Shown here piece after piece: positions 48,943 to 57,689 of a stretch of 64,000 bases of DNA; positions within the stretch are counted from its first letter, which is position 1; the number at the start of each line of letters is the position of its first letter. The translations under genes and the position numbers were made by a program. The notes below the pieces were generated by a model. The model was not told where the DNA came from. It ran no database searches and saw only the letters and a list, made by a program, of their open reading frames with translations. Origin of the DNA: a virus; the IMG/VR virus record IMGVR_UViG_3300027126_000006; one strand, given 5' to 3'.

Positions 48943-49676
48943 GTACAATCAAAGACTTCATTGCTCAAGTAAAAACGAGAGGAGCGGCTCGGGTCAACAG
49001 ATATATTGTGCAATTGCCCATGGTATCGAAAGATCACATCACGGCATCCGCACTATATTGTGAGAGTGTAACATTACCTGGAATGTCTGTGAATACGAAC
49101 CCATATATGATAACCAGTGAAGCTATAGACTTCCCCTCCAATAGGATTTTTGAACCCGTAAACATGACATTCTATGTTGACTCAAATTTATCTCTTAAGA
49201 CGTGGTTTGATGCCTGGGTACGATATTCAATAGATGATAGGACAGGAGCAGTGAACTACTATCAATACTATGCCAAAGATAGTGATATTAGTATTACAGT
49301 ACTAGATGTAAATGATACCCCCGTATACAAATGTACACTATACGAGGCTTGGCCAAAGACTGTCGGAGATGTAGTTCTTTCAGCTGTAGATAATAATGTG
49401 ATGAGGTTAAACGTGACGTTTAACTATCGTAAATGGTCTTACGAAGTATTGAATTCATCTAACCCAGAAGGAACTATCCGTAGCAGATCAAGTCGACCAA
49501 TAGAAGCTAATGGTCCTAATGAAGGTGATGTTCAGGGAATCATCACTGGAACTCCAGATGAGCTTACTACTAATGTATCAATGATTGCTCCAATAGGTCC
49601 TGTCTCTTCTGGATCACTATATAATATGAGTATGCCAGCATATGAAGATGATGGCACCCCTACTTTTGTGACGTAA
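48939..49676 (+). CDS. gp54: Baseplate/tail-tube initiator gp54-like
   Basis: 'AR.NRY.V', 'CESV.LPG', 'TFYVD....K.WFD.W', 'LYEAWPKTV', 'VTF.YRKW'. Confidence 0.75.
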   Translation: MSTIKDFIAQVKTRGAARVNRYIVQLPMVSKDHITASALYCESVTLPGMSVNTNPYMITSEAIDFPSNRIFEPVNMTFYVDSNLSLKTWFDAWVRYSIDDRTGAVNYYQYYAKDSDISITVLDVNDTPVYKCTLYEAWPKTVGDVVLSAVDNNVMRLNVTFNYRKWSYEVLNSSNPEGTIRSRSSRPIEANGPNEGDVQGIITGTPDELTTNVSMIAPIGPVSSGSLYNMSMPAYEDDGTPTFVT

Positions 49677-49677
49677 T

Positions 49678-50082
49678 ATGAATACACTCAATGATAAGTT
49701 TGGTATAGAAACACTGCCAGTAGAAGTTGTAACCAAGACTGGTGAGGTTATTGTACCTGCACCTAATAGCGATGAAGAAGCTATTGAGTATGATTATGAA
49801 AAGACGAGGAACAATCTACATTCTCTTCTAGAGCAAGGTCAAGATGCGCTAATTCATGCACTTGAAGTAGCAAAGCAATCAGAACATCCGAGGGCATTTG
49901 AGGTAGTTGGTGGCTTAATGAAGCAACTTGCTGACGTTAATCATCAACTACTCGATCTAACAGAAAAGAAACAGAAACTCAAGGGCAAACCAACAACAAC
50001 ACCAGACAAGCAAGTGACAAATAACAACGCTTTCTTTGTAGGTTCTACAGCTGAATTGAACAAATTATTAAAAGGTGAATAA
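49678..50082 (+). CDS. gp16: Terminase small subunit gp16 (cyanophage-type)
   Basis: 'DYEKTR.NL..L.E.GQ.A...A.E.A..SEHPRAFEV.G.L.K', 'VTNNNAFFVGSTAEL.KLLK'. Confidence 0.8.
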   Translation: MNTLNDKFGIETLPVEVVTKTGEVIVPAPNSDEEAIEYDYEKTRNNLHSLLEQGQDALIHALEVAKQSEHPRAFEVVGGLMKQLADVNHQLLDLTEKKQKLKGKPTTTPDKQVTNNNAFFVGSTAELNKLLKGE

Positions 50083-50084
50083 TT

Positions 50085-50798
50085 ATGGCTTTACCAATCA
50101 ACACAATGCCCGTGTACACACTGACTATTCCTTCGACAAAGAAGGAGATGAAATATAGGCCGTTTCTTGTTAAGGAAGAAAAATCTCTATTAGTAGCTCA
50201 ACAATCCGAAGATAGTATGGTGATGTTGGATACAGTAAAAGCTGTAATTGCATCATGCGCTAAGACGCCAATTGATGTCGACAAGTTGGCAACATTCGAT
50301 GTAGAGTACATATTCTTGCAACTTCGGGCAATGTCAATTGGAGAGGTTGTTGATCTAACTTTTAAGTGCGATACGTGCGAGGATGAAAAGGCTAGAGCTA
50401 AGGTATCATTGAATCTTCAGGAAGCTAAGGTAGTGTTTCTGGATGAACACACCACCAAGATTCCTCTATTCAACGACGTTGGTATGGTAATGAAGTATCC
50501 TACATTGGATATTATTAAGAAAATTGAAAACTACAATTCAACAGACATCGAAGATAAGATTAACAACACAATTGAGTGCATTGATTACATCTACACAGGG
50601 GATGAGATGTTTCCTGCTGCTGATCAGACACAAGAAGAGTTACGAGAGTTTGTGGAAAACCTAACAGCAGACCAATTTGATAAAGTTCAACAATTCTTCA
50701 ATACAATGCCATCTCTACGACAGTATGTCAAATATAACTGTCCTGTATGCAATAAGCCACATGACAAATATGTTGAAGGACTAGCAAGTTTTTTTTGA
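50085..50798 (+). CDS. gp26: Baseplate hub assembly protein gp26
   Basis: 'MALP....P.Y.L.IPST...KYRPFLVKEEK.LL.A', 'FD.EYIFLQLRA.S.GE', 'FF.TMP.L', 'EGLASFF'. Confidence 0.9.
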   Translation: MALPINTMPVYTLTIPSTKKEMKYRPFLVKEEKSLLVAQQSEDSMVMLDTVKAVIASCAKTPIDVDKLATFDVEYIFLQLRAMSIGEVVDLTFKCDTCEDEKARAKVSLNLQEAKVVFLDEHTTKIPLFNDVGMVMKYPTLDIIKKIENYNSTDIEDKINNTIECIDYIYTGDEMFPAADQTQEELREFVENLTADQFDKVQQFFNTMPSLRQYVKYNCPVCNKPHDKYVEGLASFF

Positions 50799-50983
50799 TA
50801 TGCCTAGCGCACGATGACTTATATAACTACTACAAGACAAATTTTTCATTGATGCAGTACCACAAGTATACGCTAGGCGACATTGAAAATATGGTACCGT
50901 TTGAACGTGAGATTTACGTTAACATGTTGATACAATATCTTGAGGAAGAAAAACAAAGGTTGCAGCAAAAAAAACAAGGGTAA
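50795..50983 (+). CDS. gp51: Baseplate hub assembly catalyst gp51
   Basis: 'L.NYYKTNFSLMQYHKY.L..IENM.P.EREIYV.ML.QYL.EE'. Confidence 0.88.
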   Translation: MICLAHDDLYNYYKTNFSLMQYHKYTLGDIENMVPFEREIYVNMLIQYLEEEKQRLQQKKQG

Positions 50984-50986
50984 ACC

Positions 50987-52504
50987 ATGGCTCAAGTTAT
51001 TAAGTTTTCGGATATTGTAGCAGCACAGAAAAATCAGCAGATGGCAGTGAATGCTGAACAGCTACAAGAACTGACCCGTGCTGTCATTCACCAAAGCGAA
51101 ACTCAATCTGCGAACCAAGAAAGTTTTATTCAGAACCTTAACGACACCCTTAAGAAAGGGTTTGATAAGGTCACAAACGAATTAAAATCAATTGGCGAAC
51201 TCCAATCTAAATTGGGAGTCATTGCAGCCCAAGGATCCAAATATACACCTCAATCAGCCTTGCAGCAGATTAAAGGTGGAATACAGCAGATGGGTACAAT
51301 TGAAGGCTTCATTGACGTTGAAAAATCAACAGGATTAATTGGAAATGCTCTGAAGCGCCGGCAGGCAAGAAAAGAATTCATCCAAGAACAGATGGAAATG
51401 GATACTACTCTCACAGGAACAAATGAAGAAAAGAAAGTATTACTGACGGAACGATTTAAAGAGGTAGAGAAGTTAAGATCACAAGCCAATGTAACTAACA
51501 ACAAGGTAGATCGTTTACGAGAAAAAGGATACAGCGATACTCAGATAGAGAGAACATCCATCTACCAAGAAATGAAACAGATTAACGAGCGACTACAACA
51601 AGTAGATGCTTTATATAAAGAGAGACTTGAAATAGAGAATCAAAGTCAGAGGGATACTACTCTGCCACTGGGTCAATCGAGAATCAAAGTTAATGATATG
51701 ATTGCAGCAAATGATCCTCTAATCACATCAGAAGAGAAGCAACAAGATGCACTAAAGATCCAGCAAGATGTTGCTGGAGAAACTATAAGGAATCAGATAG
51801 ACACCATAATAATACTCAGACAACAAGAAGATATTCTTAAAAAGGTTGAAGAAAATACTAGAGCCTTTTTGACGAAAGAGATTTCTACAAGTAGTGGAGA
51901 TGGAATCGAACTTAGTGGAAAGGCAGTATTAGGTGGAGGTAAAGCTATAGCCACTGGAGCTAGAGCAGCGTTATCAGGAGGAGCTCGATTAGCTTCAGTA
52001 GCATTACCTTATGCTGCTCCTGCTGCCATTGCTTATGGTGCCGCTAACGTCGTTGATTATGGAGTAGGTAAACTGGGTATTGGAAAAGATGCAGAAGGCA
52101 ATGACATTGCTGTCAACGCAGAACAAGATGATAAGAATTGGGAGAAAATGACCACATTCCAGAAGCTTCAATCTGGTTTTGCCCGTGGCATTGAAAAGAC
52201 TGGATCGTTTGTTGGATTGAGTAATATAGCAAGAGAGGCTCAGGCGAAGAGAATTGAAAGTGAAACAAAGTACCTCCAAAAACTAGAGCCAGCGCAGGCG
52301 CCTTCAATGGCCAATATAGTAGAAGGCCAATCAATTGAAGTTGGAACATCCAAACAATCAATATCATCTGCTCCAGTAGTAATCAATGCACCCCAGAGTA
52401 CCAACATCGATAATAGTACCTCAAACTTCGGCGGTAAGCCAGTTACGAGGAATACTGATTCCACAATGTCAGATCTCAATCGATCACGATACAGGTTCGC
52501 ATAA
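50987..52504 (+). CDS. Putative tape measure/hub protein (gp29-like)
   Basis: Long helical Q/E/K-rich protein with a Gly/Ala-rich segment and a C-terminal 'PVVINAP' motif; follows gp26-gp51. Confidence 0.6.
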   Translation: MAQVIKFSDIVAAQKNQQMAVNAEQLQELTRAVIHQSETQSANQESFIQNLNDTLKKGFDKVTNELKSIGELQSKLGVIAAQGSKYTPQSALQQIKGGIQQMGTIEGFIDVEKSTGLIGNALKRRQARKEFIQEQMEMDTTLTGTNEEKKVLLTERFKEVEKLRSQANVTNNKVDRLREKGYSDTQIERTSIYQEMKQINERLQQVDALYKERLEIENQSQRDTTLPLGQSRIKVNDMIAANDPLITSEEKQQDALKIQQDVAGETIRNQIDTIIILRQQEDILKKVEENTRAFLTKEISTSSGDGIELSGKAVLGGGKAIATGARAALSGGARLASVALPYAAPAAIAYGAANVVDYGVGKLGIGKDAEGNDIAVNAEQDDKNWEKMTTFQKLQSGFARGIEKTGSFVGLSNIAREAQAKRIESETKYLQKLEPAQAPSMANIVEGQSIEVGTSKQSISSAPVVINAPQSTNIDNSTSNFGGKPVTRNTDSTMSDLNRSRYRFA

Positions 52505-52506
52505 AC

Positions 52507-52533
52507 AAAAAGGGGCCAATGGCCCCTTTTCTT
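52507..52533. terminator. Bidirectional rho-independent terminator
   Basis: AAAAAGGGGCC-AAT-GGCCCCTTTT between convergent genes. Confidence 0.88.
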
Positions 52534-52547
52534 TAGATCAGTTGATC

Positions 52548-53492
52548 TTACTCTTCAGCGATTGATTTGAAGTAGGACATCATATCCTCGTCATCATCTT
52601 CATCTAGACCAGCTGCTACAGCCTTGCGTGGCTGAGGAGCAGGTTTGGATGGCCGAGCAGGTTTGGCAGCAATAGTTTCAACTTCTTCGTCTTCGGCAGT
52701 TGCAGCCTGATATGCCGTCTCTGCCATTGAAGTACCAGAAAGTACTGCATCGAGCTTAGCCTTCAGCTCATCGTATGTCTTGAAGTTCTTAGGATCAAGA
52801 AACTCGTTCAGGTCGTACTGCTGCTTAGCAACATCAAGGATCTCTTGATCGTCGTCGGCTACAGCAGATACAGACTCAAACTCTGATGAGTCGTAGTTTG
52901 GATACTTGTCAACTACTTTCATCCGAAGCTTGAAGTTAGCACCTTCCCAGTAATCGAACACATTTACAGGATCCTCGTCCTCGAATGTTGGTCGAGCTTT
53001 CGCCATGATCTTGTCGAAAATCTTCTTACCAAACTTATAGAGGAACACCTTACCGTTGTTCTCTGGATGCTTTGGATCATTGACAACAAGAATGTTAGCA
53101 ATGTAGTTCAGCTTACGCTTTTGGTTGCGTGCCTGCTTCCGCTCAGGTGAGTTATCATCACCAGAAGCATTCCACAACTTCATATTCAGCTCGCCAACAG
53201 GATCAGGCTTGCCGATTGTCGTCAGTGAATTCTCAATATACCACCGACCAGTCGGGCCCTTGAAACCATGAGACCATACCTTGACCCAAGGTAGCTGATC
53301 TTGATTTGTGTTGGGGAGAAAGCGGATCGTTGCTGTTGCGTTGCCCGCCTTGTCGCGCTCTGGTTTCCAGAAACGAGTGTCTTCATAAGACTTAGTGCTG
53401 GATTCTGGATTAGTGCTCTTCTCAAACTCCTGAGACATCTTGCTGAAGCTTGAGTTCCGTGATGCGCGTAGTGATTTTAGATTTAGTTCCAT
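52548..53492 (-). CDS. gp32: Single-stranded DNA-binding protein gp32
   Basis: 'DTRFWKPE.DKAGN..A.IRFLP', 'WSHGFKGPTG.WYIENSLTT', 'RNQKRKL.Y..NI.VV.DP..PEN.GKVFLYKFGKKIFDK', acidic tail. Confidence 0.96.
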   Translation of the reverse strand: MELNLKSLRASRNSSFSKMSQEFEKSTNPESSTKSYEDTRFWKPERDKAGNATATIRFLPNTNQDQLPWVKVWSHGFKGPTGRWYIENSLTTIGKPDPVGELNMKLWNASGDDNSPERKQARNQKRKLNYIANILVVNDPKHPENNGKVFLYKFGKKIFDKIMAKARPTFEDEDPVNVFDYWEGANFKLRMKVVDKYPNYDSSEFESVSAVADDDQEILDVAKQQYDLNEFLDPKNFKTYDELKAKLDAVLSGTSMAETAYQAATAEDEEVETIAAKPARPSKPAPQPRKAVAAGLDEDDDEDMMSYFKSIAEE

Positions 53493-53545
53493 TTTGTATT
53501 TCCTTTAAACGTAGTATTGACGTAGTATTGCGTATGATTCATTAC
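53493..53545 (-). promoter_or_regulatory. gp32 leader with tandem CAATACTACGT repeats (candidate autogenous translational operator)
   Basis: Two exact 11-nt repeats (53509-53530) plus a degenerate third, adjacent to the AAGGA RBS. Confidence 0.5.
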
Positions 53546-53549
53546 AAAC

Positions 53550-53753
53550 TTACTCTTCACGTGTCTTATTTATAATGATCTCATCCTCAATTGAAACTCC
53601 ATCGTCAAAAATATCATCTTCGTCTTCTTCATAGACATTGATGTACTTCATGCCACCAGTCTTTCGATTATTTGCATGGCGATGGTGTTTGCCTCGACGG
53701 CTGCCTTGATGTTCATCATCGAATGATGGTTGATGCCGAACTGTCTTACCCAT
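53550..53753 (-). CDS. Small hypothetical protein (basic N-half, acidic C-half)
   Basis: Fills the gap between gp59 and gp32. Confidence 0.6.
   Translation of the reverse strand: MGKTVRHQPSFDDEHQGSRRGKHHRHANNRKTGGMKYINVYEEDEDDIFDDGVSIEDEIIINKTREE
53567..53574 (-). promoter_or_regulatory. Late promoter TATAAATA upstream of gp32
   Basis: Exact motif inside the 3' end of the upstream small gene. Confidence 0.6.
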
Positions 53754-54345
53754 GATACGTGCCTTGTTGCTCCTCTTTAAATTGCATATAGGCGTCTGCT
53801 ACCTTCTGCTTATCAAACTTAACGAACCCAGCAGACTTTTCAATCTTTGAGAGCTCGCTATCTAACAGCAAAGCCACGTGAGGACTCTGCTTAAACTTCG
53901 AAACAACTCCGTCCAACTTATTAAGGATGACCATTGTCTCTAACGTGATTTGTTTAGCCATGTATAATTGTAACACATCGGGGATTTTATTTCCACTAAA
54001 TTCATACTGAGCTCCAGACTCAGCAATTGTACTGAGGTCGTCACGGAAAATCTTAGTCATTGATTGACGACGTCGAAGATACTCTTTGTAGTTGGTCATC
54101 CCAGAGTTCGGATCATACACAACATCAGGATTGTCGTACATGAAGTTTGATGCAATGTACTGAATGTACTCTTTCTCGAGTTTAAACTGACGAGCCAACT
54201 TCTCGAAGATCATCCGATCGTTCCTACCAACAAACTTCTCCATGGAACTTTTTACACGGCCATTGGTAACGAACACATCGTACTTCTGGGAAGTGAAATG
54301 AAGCTTCACTGCCGTGTAGTATTTGAATGCTCTAAACCCGTCCAT
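53746..54345 (-). CDS. gp59: Helicase loader gp59
   Basis: 'AFKYY.A.KLHFT..KYD.F...GRV..S...F..RND...FEKL', 'ITLET..IL'. Confidence 0.88.
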   Translation of the reverse strand: MDGFRAFKYYTAVKLHFTSQKYDVFVTNGRVKSSMEKFVGRNDRMIFEKLARQFKLEKEYIQYIASNFMYDNPDVVYDPNSGMTNYKEYLRRRQSMTKIFRDDLSTIAESGAQYEFSGNKIPDVLQLYMAKQITLETMVILNKLDGVVSKFKQSPHVALLLDSELSKIEKSAGFVKFDKQKVADAYMQFKEEQQGTYHG

Positions 54346-54569
54346 TATACATCCAGCTGTGCTTGTTCAGGGAGGTAGTTGAGATTGCGAAAGTCTTGTT
54401 CAAGTTTCTCACGAAGAGACTTGTTGATCTTCGACGCGATATCTTCTGGTTCAAGACTATGCTCATTGCAGTACTCGAGTGTTGCCTCGAGATAAGTTAC
54501 CTTATGATCGACTGCATACTTCTCAATATAAAGAGAAAGTTCGTTTGCAGTCCTAAAAACATTTTCCAT
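54345..54569 (-). CDS. gp33: Late transcription co-activator gp33
   Basis: 'IE.......TYLEA.L.YC.E..LEPE.I...I.KSL.EK.......LNYL'. Confidence 0.88.
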   Translation of the reverse strand: MENVFRTANELSLYIEKYAVDHKVTYLEATLEYCNEHSLEPEDIASKINKSLREKLEQDFRNLNYLPEQAQLDV

Positions 54570-54824
54570 TTATACCCCTGCTTTGTTGATGTAAAAGTTA
54601 GTCACGCGGATCAAGTCATTCAACGTGGAGTACTCAGATAGCATCATCTTGTATGTCTTCCACTCATCTGTGTCAGTATCTCGCTCATCCATATTCGAGT
54701 TCGATAGGAACACGCTAAAGAACTTGTCCATTTTCATCTTAGCCACAACGAGTTTATTGTAGGTGTTGTTTAGTTCGGTTGCGGATTCATCTTTCAGAGA
54801 TTCACGGATCAGTTTATAGTTCAT
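54570..54824 (-). CDS. Hypothetical protein
   Basis: Likely start ATG 54824 (MNYKLI), which avoids overlap with the upstream gene. Confidence 0.6.
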   Translation of the reverse strand: MNYKLIRESLKDESATELNNTYNKLVVAKMKMDKFFSVFLSNSNMDERDTDTDEWKTYKMMLSEYSTLNDLIRVTNFYINKAGV

Positions 54825-54825
54825 G

Positions 54826-55131
54826 TTATCGTCGCATGGAAGCCAAGTCTTTGGCCTCTTCTTGTTTGAAAATAGGAATGGCATTCGACTTGTGGAGAGT
54901 CCCAATACCAAGTAACTTATCACCAGTATACATCAGAACATCTTTTTTGACACCGTTGCCAATTCCATCGCCGAGACTAGGAATCGGTTTCGTTTCGCGA
55001 ATGTAAGGTCCCGTTGATGTCACAGTTACACCACGAAGACTTCGTTTGAGAGCTCGCTGCTCTTTCAGCATTGCCTTACGAGCCTCGAGTTGTTTCTTGG
55101 ACAGGTTTGATCGTTGATTAGTATATATCAT
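54826..55131 (-). CDS. Conserved basic hypothetical protein of T4-like phages
   Basis: 'YTGDKLLGIGTLHKSNAIPIF....A.D...MRR' motif. Confidence 0.7.
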   Translation of the reverse strand: MIYTNQRSNLSKKQLEARKAMLKEQRALKRSLRGVTVTSTGPYIRETKPIPSLGDGIGNGVKKDVLMYTGDKLLGIGTLHKSNAIPIFKQEEAKDLASMRR

Positions 55132-55158
55132 TTTACAATTGTCTCACACAATTGAATA

Positions 55159-55392
55159 TTATTCAACGATCGACTCAAGCCAATTCTGATGAGACTGAAC
55201 AACCTTTGCCTTAGCAGCAGGAGACCAGACAATCTCATCACAGCGACCATTGACGTAGGTCAAGACACGGTACTCAGCTCCTAGCGATTCGAGATCGTTA
55301 ACGAGCTCAGACATTTCATGTTGATCTTCGACAGTCATACTGAAGATGAAACTTTGGTTGTTGAATTGAACTTCTTTGTAGTCTTTCATCAT
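55159..55392 (-). CDS. Hypothetical protein
   Basis: ORF with a GAGAG RBS in a co-oriented cluster. Confidence 0.6.
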   Translation of the reverse strand: MMKDYKEVQFNNQSFIFSMTVEDQHEMSELVNDLESLGAEYRVLTYVNGRCDEIVWSPAAKAKVVQSHQNWLESIVE

Positions 55393-55407
55393 TTTCTCTC
55401 TTTGAAT

Positions 55408-55890
55408 TTAAGCAGGAATCCCAAGACCAGCGAGACAATCTCGCGTGGTGTAGAATGAATCGCGGCCATCGCGAGTAGCTGCAATTTCGACGGTCGCGCC
55501 GATCTCACTGATCAGGTGCATCTTACGATTGTTGTACTCCACCGTAACATCGTTGATTTCGAAATAGTCGCCAAAGTCTTCACGAAGCAGTTGACGAGCT
55601 ATATAAAGCGACTCTGCAAACAACATCACATTGAGTTGTTTTTCTTCGCCCTCAATACTGAGGTTGTACATCACTAGGGAATTCATAACCTTGCTTTCAC
55701 TTTTCATCATAAGTACATTATCCGACAAATCGGAATTAATGTCAACGGCCATCTCATCCGCTGCAATCTGCAGCTCGCTGTTGATGTCCCAGAACTGACC
55801 CTCTTGTCGAACGGTATCCGTCCACCGTGCGAACTCAAACTCGAATTCCATAACATCTGCAGCATTCCAGTTCTCAGGATACATAATCAT
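55408..55890 (-). CDS. Hypothetical ORF containing an in-frame internal promoter cassette; probably also expressed as a shorter protein from ATG 55686
   Basis: The peptide VDINSDLSDNV is the translation of the promoter cassette at 55717-55746. Confidence 0.55.
   Translation of the reverse strand: MIMYPENWNAADVMEFEFEFARWTDTVRQEGQFWDINSELQIAADEMAVDINSDLSDNVLMMKSESKVMNSLVMYNLSIEGEEKQLNVMLFAESLYIARQLLREDFGDYFEINDVTVEYNNRKMHLISEIGATVEIAATRDGRDSFYTTRDCLAGLGIPA
55717..55746 (-). promoter_or_regulatory. Early promoter cassette, copy 1 (GTTGACATTAATTCC...GATAAT)
   Basis: TTGACA-17-GATAAT. Confidence 0.8.
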
Positions 55891-56117
55891 TTACCTTGTT
55901 GATGGAGTTTGTTGGCGTTCAGCTTGACCATAGATTCGACATGCTTCAGAAACCGCTTCTGCGAAGCTTTGCTTTCGCGTCGCAGGAAGCTCGTGATCGT
56001 ACCATGAAGATACCCTTGAGCGTAGTGGCGATCTTCGCTGTCGAGCAGTCGATTGAGAGTATTCATCTGCTTGTCAATCTGATCTACGAGGGTGATTTCG
56101 ATCGCTGGCTGTTTCAT
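55887..56117 (-). CDS. Hypothetical protein
   Basis: Likely start ATG 56117 after a GGAG RBS, downstream of promoter copy 2. Confidence 0.6.
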   Translation of the reverse strand: MKQPAIEITLVDQIDKQMNTLNRLLDSEDRHYAQGYLHGTITSFLRRESKASQKRFLKHVESMVKLNANKLHQQGK

Positions 56118-56147
56118 TTCATCTCTCCGTTCTTTCACTGTAGGGAC

Positions 56148-56177
56148 ATTATCACATAATTCGGAATTAATGTCAAC
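56148..56177 (-). promoter_or_regulatory. Early promoter cassette, copy 2
   Basis: GTTGACA ttaattccgaattatgt GATAAT. Confidence 0.85.
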
Positions 56178-56194
56178 AGCGGGGAAATGCCCGA

Positions 56195-56455
56195 CTATTT
56201 TGGTAGGGTATTTTGATCAACCCCGAAAGATGCCTTGATGGATTCGATGCAGTAGCTACGGAATGCGTCTTCGATCTGATTCCGGTAATCTTGGTAGCCA
56301 GGAGGAACACCTTCTACGATCTTAACACACTCCCGAACAATCAACTCGGCGAACTTATTCCTATCGAATTCCCAATGTGGTGATCGCTCACTATACAACG
56401 GCTCGTTGGTATGAGTCCAACACTGTTCAGCAAGTTCACGAATTCGTTCGTTCAT
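56195..56455 (-). CDS. 'MNERI...KFAELIVREC' family protein, paralog 1
   Basis: Motifs shared with 56452-56661 and 57057-57248. Confidence 0.7.
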   Translation of the reverse strand: MNERIRELAEQCWTHTNEPLYSERSPHWEFDRNKFAELIVRECVKIVEGVPPGYQDYRNQIEDAFRSYCIESIKASFGVDQNTLPK

Positions 56456-56661
56456 TCTTCAACACCGAAACTATCCAATATTGCGGCACCAATATTCTTC
56501 CTACCTTGATGCTCCATAAGACCAGCAGTAATCGCACATTCCCTGACAATCAACTCGGCGAACTTTTCTTCCCATAAGAGATCGTACAAATCATCTCCAG
56601 CAAAATGCTGGTCACACCACACATCGGTCTGTTGGGCCAATTTAAGAAATCGTTCGTTCAT
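56452..56661 (-). CDS. 'MNERI...KFAELIVREC' family protein, paralog 2
   Basis: MNERFLKLAQQ...EKFAELIVRECA...FGVEE. Confidence 0.7.
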   Translation of the reverse strand: MNERFLKLAQQTDVWCDQHFAGDDLYDLLWEEKFAELIVRECAITAGLMEHQGRKNIGAAILDSFGVEE

Positions 56662-56673
56662 ACTACACCTTAG

Positions 56674-57057
56674 TTACTGAGCATAATCAATTTTTGACCA
56701 ATCACAATCATCCATGATATCTACTTGAATGTTAGGATGATCTTCAGCTTGTTTTAAGATACCAGCCAACACCGAATACCCATATCCAGTTGTTCGGTAG
56801 TTGTTCTTGTGGCATCGGTATATCGACCCTGAGTATCCTTTGAATAAGTAACAGTTGCCATCCTCTTCAACACTAACGATACCGCTATTGATCTTCCACG
56901 ATTCGCCTTGAGTGTATCCACCGTACCACTGGGCAAATACTTTGTATGTGATCATATTCAAAGTATCTTCAACGAACCTAACGATCACCCAAGCATCGGG
57001 TGTATACTCTGTAGAATTCATATAGTCGCCTGCAGTGGTAAATTTTAGGTCGTTCAT
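56674..57057 (-). CDS. Conserved phage hypothetical protein
   Basis: 'YTPD.WV.V......YKVFA.WYGGY..GESW..NSGI..V......Y.F.G.SGS.Y.CHK..Y'. Confidence 0.7.
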   Translation of the reverse strand: MNDLKFTTAGDYMNSTEYTPDAWVIVRFVEDTLNMITYKVFAQWYGGYTQGESWKINSGIVSVEEDGNCYLFKGYSGSIYRCHKNNYRTTGYGYSVLAGILKQAEDHPNIQVDIMDDCDWSKIDYAQ

Positions 57058-57248
57058 TATTCAATACCAAAATGCTCAAACATCTGCCTAACCGCTTGGC
57101 TATTTTCATCACCAACAAATGGTGCGCATTCCAGAACAATCAACTCGGCGAACAGTTTCTTATCAAAAATCTCCTGCCTGTAATCAGGATCATCGGGTTC
57201 AATCACCCGGGTTGCTTGCTGGATCAGTTCTTGAATTCGTTCGTTCAT
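57057..57248 (-). CDS. 'MNERI...FAELIV.EC' family protein, paralog 3
   Basis: Start at ATG 57248 by alignment with the paralogs. Confidence 0.7.
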   Translation of the reverse strand: MNERIQELIQQATRVIEPDDPDYRQEIFDKKLFAELIVLECAPFVGDENSQAVRQMFEHFGIE

Positions 57249-57337
57249 TATTTCCGCCCCCACGCTTGATCTTGACACTTCTTCCAAGTCTTTGCGACCC
57301 ACTCGCTCATCTCTTGGGGTGTGATTGGCTTGTTCAT
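57248..57337 (-). CDS. 29-aa ORF (MNKPITPQEMSEWVAKTWKKCQDQAWGRK)
   Basis: Fills the gap; TAATG overlap with the downstream start; AGGGGTG RBS. Confidence 0.5.
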   Translation of the reverse strand: MNKPITPQEMSEWVAKTWKKCQDQAWGRK

Positions 57338-57340
57338 AGT

Positions 57341-57541
57341 TCACCCCTTGAAGTAGTCTACCACACGACCACGACCTGCGTCAATAACTCTAGCCAGAAT
57401 GTGCTCTCCGCCTAGTTGAGCCTTGGCGAACATTCGGGCTTCATCGAGGTCATCAAAGTAAAGAACCTCGTCAGTCCAGGGATCGGTGGTACCATAGTAG
57501 GTACCGTCAACATCTTGGAGTTCAACATAGAATTCAGTCAT
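57341..57541 (-). CDS. Hypothetical protein
   Basis: Start ATG 57541 (MTEFYVEL), TGATG-coupled, GGAGG RBS. Confidence 0.6.
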   Translation of the reverse strand: MTEFYVELQDVDGTYYGTTDPWTDEVLYFDDLDEARMFAKAQLGGEHILARVIDAGRGRVVDYFKG

Positions 57542-57687
57542 CACATAACCTCCCACCAAATATCAGGATTCTTTTTCTTACGATCAGTCCAGTACTTGAT
57601 AGCCCATTCAATGTCGGTCTCAATCGCAATCGGAACCCGATTGCCAGTAACCGGATGCTTCCACGTGCCGATGTAGACTTTCATCAT
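57541..57687 (-). CDS. 48-aa ORF (MMKVYIGTWKHPVTG...)
   Basis: Not in the ORF track; fills the gap and is coupled to its neighbours. Confidence 0.55.
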   Translation of the reverse strand: MMKVYIGTWKHPVTGNRVPIAIETDIEWAIKYWTDRKKKNPDIWWEVM

Positions 57688-57689
57688 AA

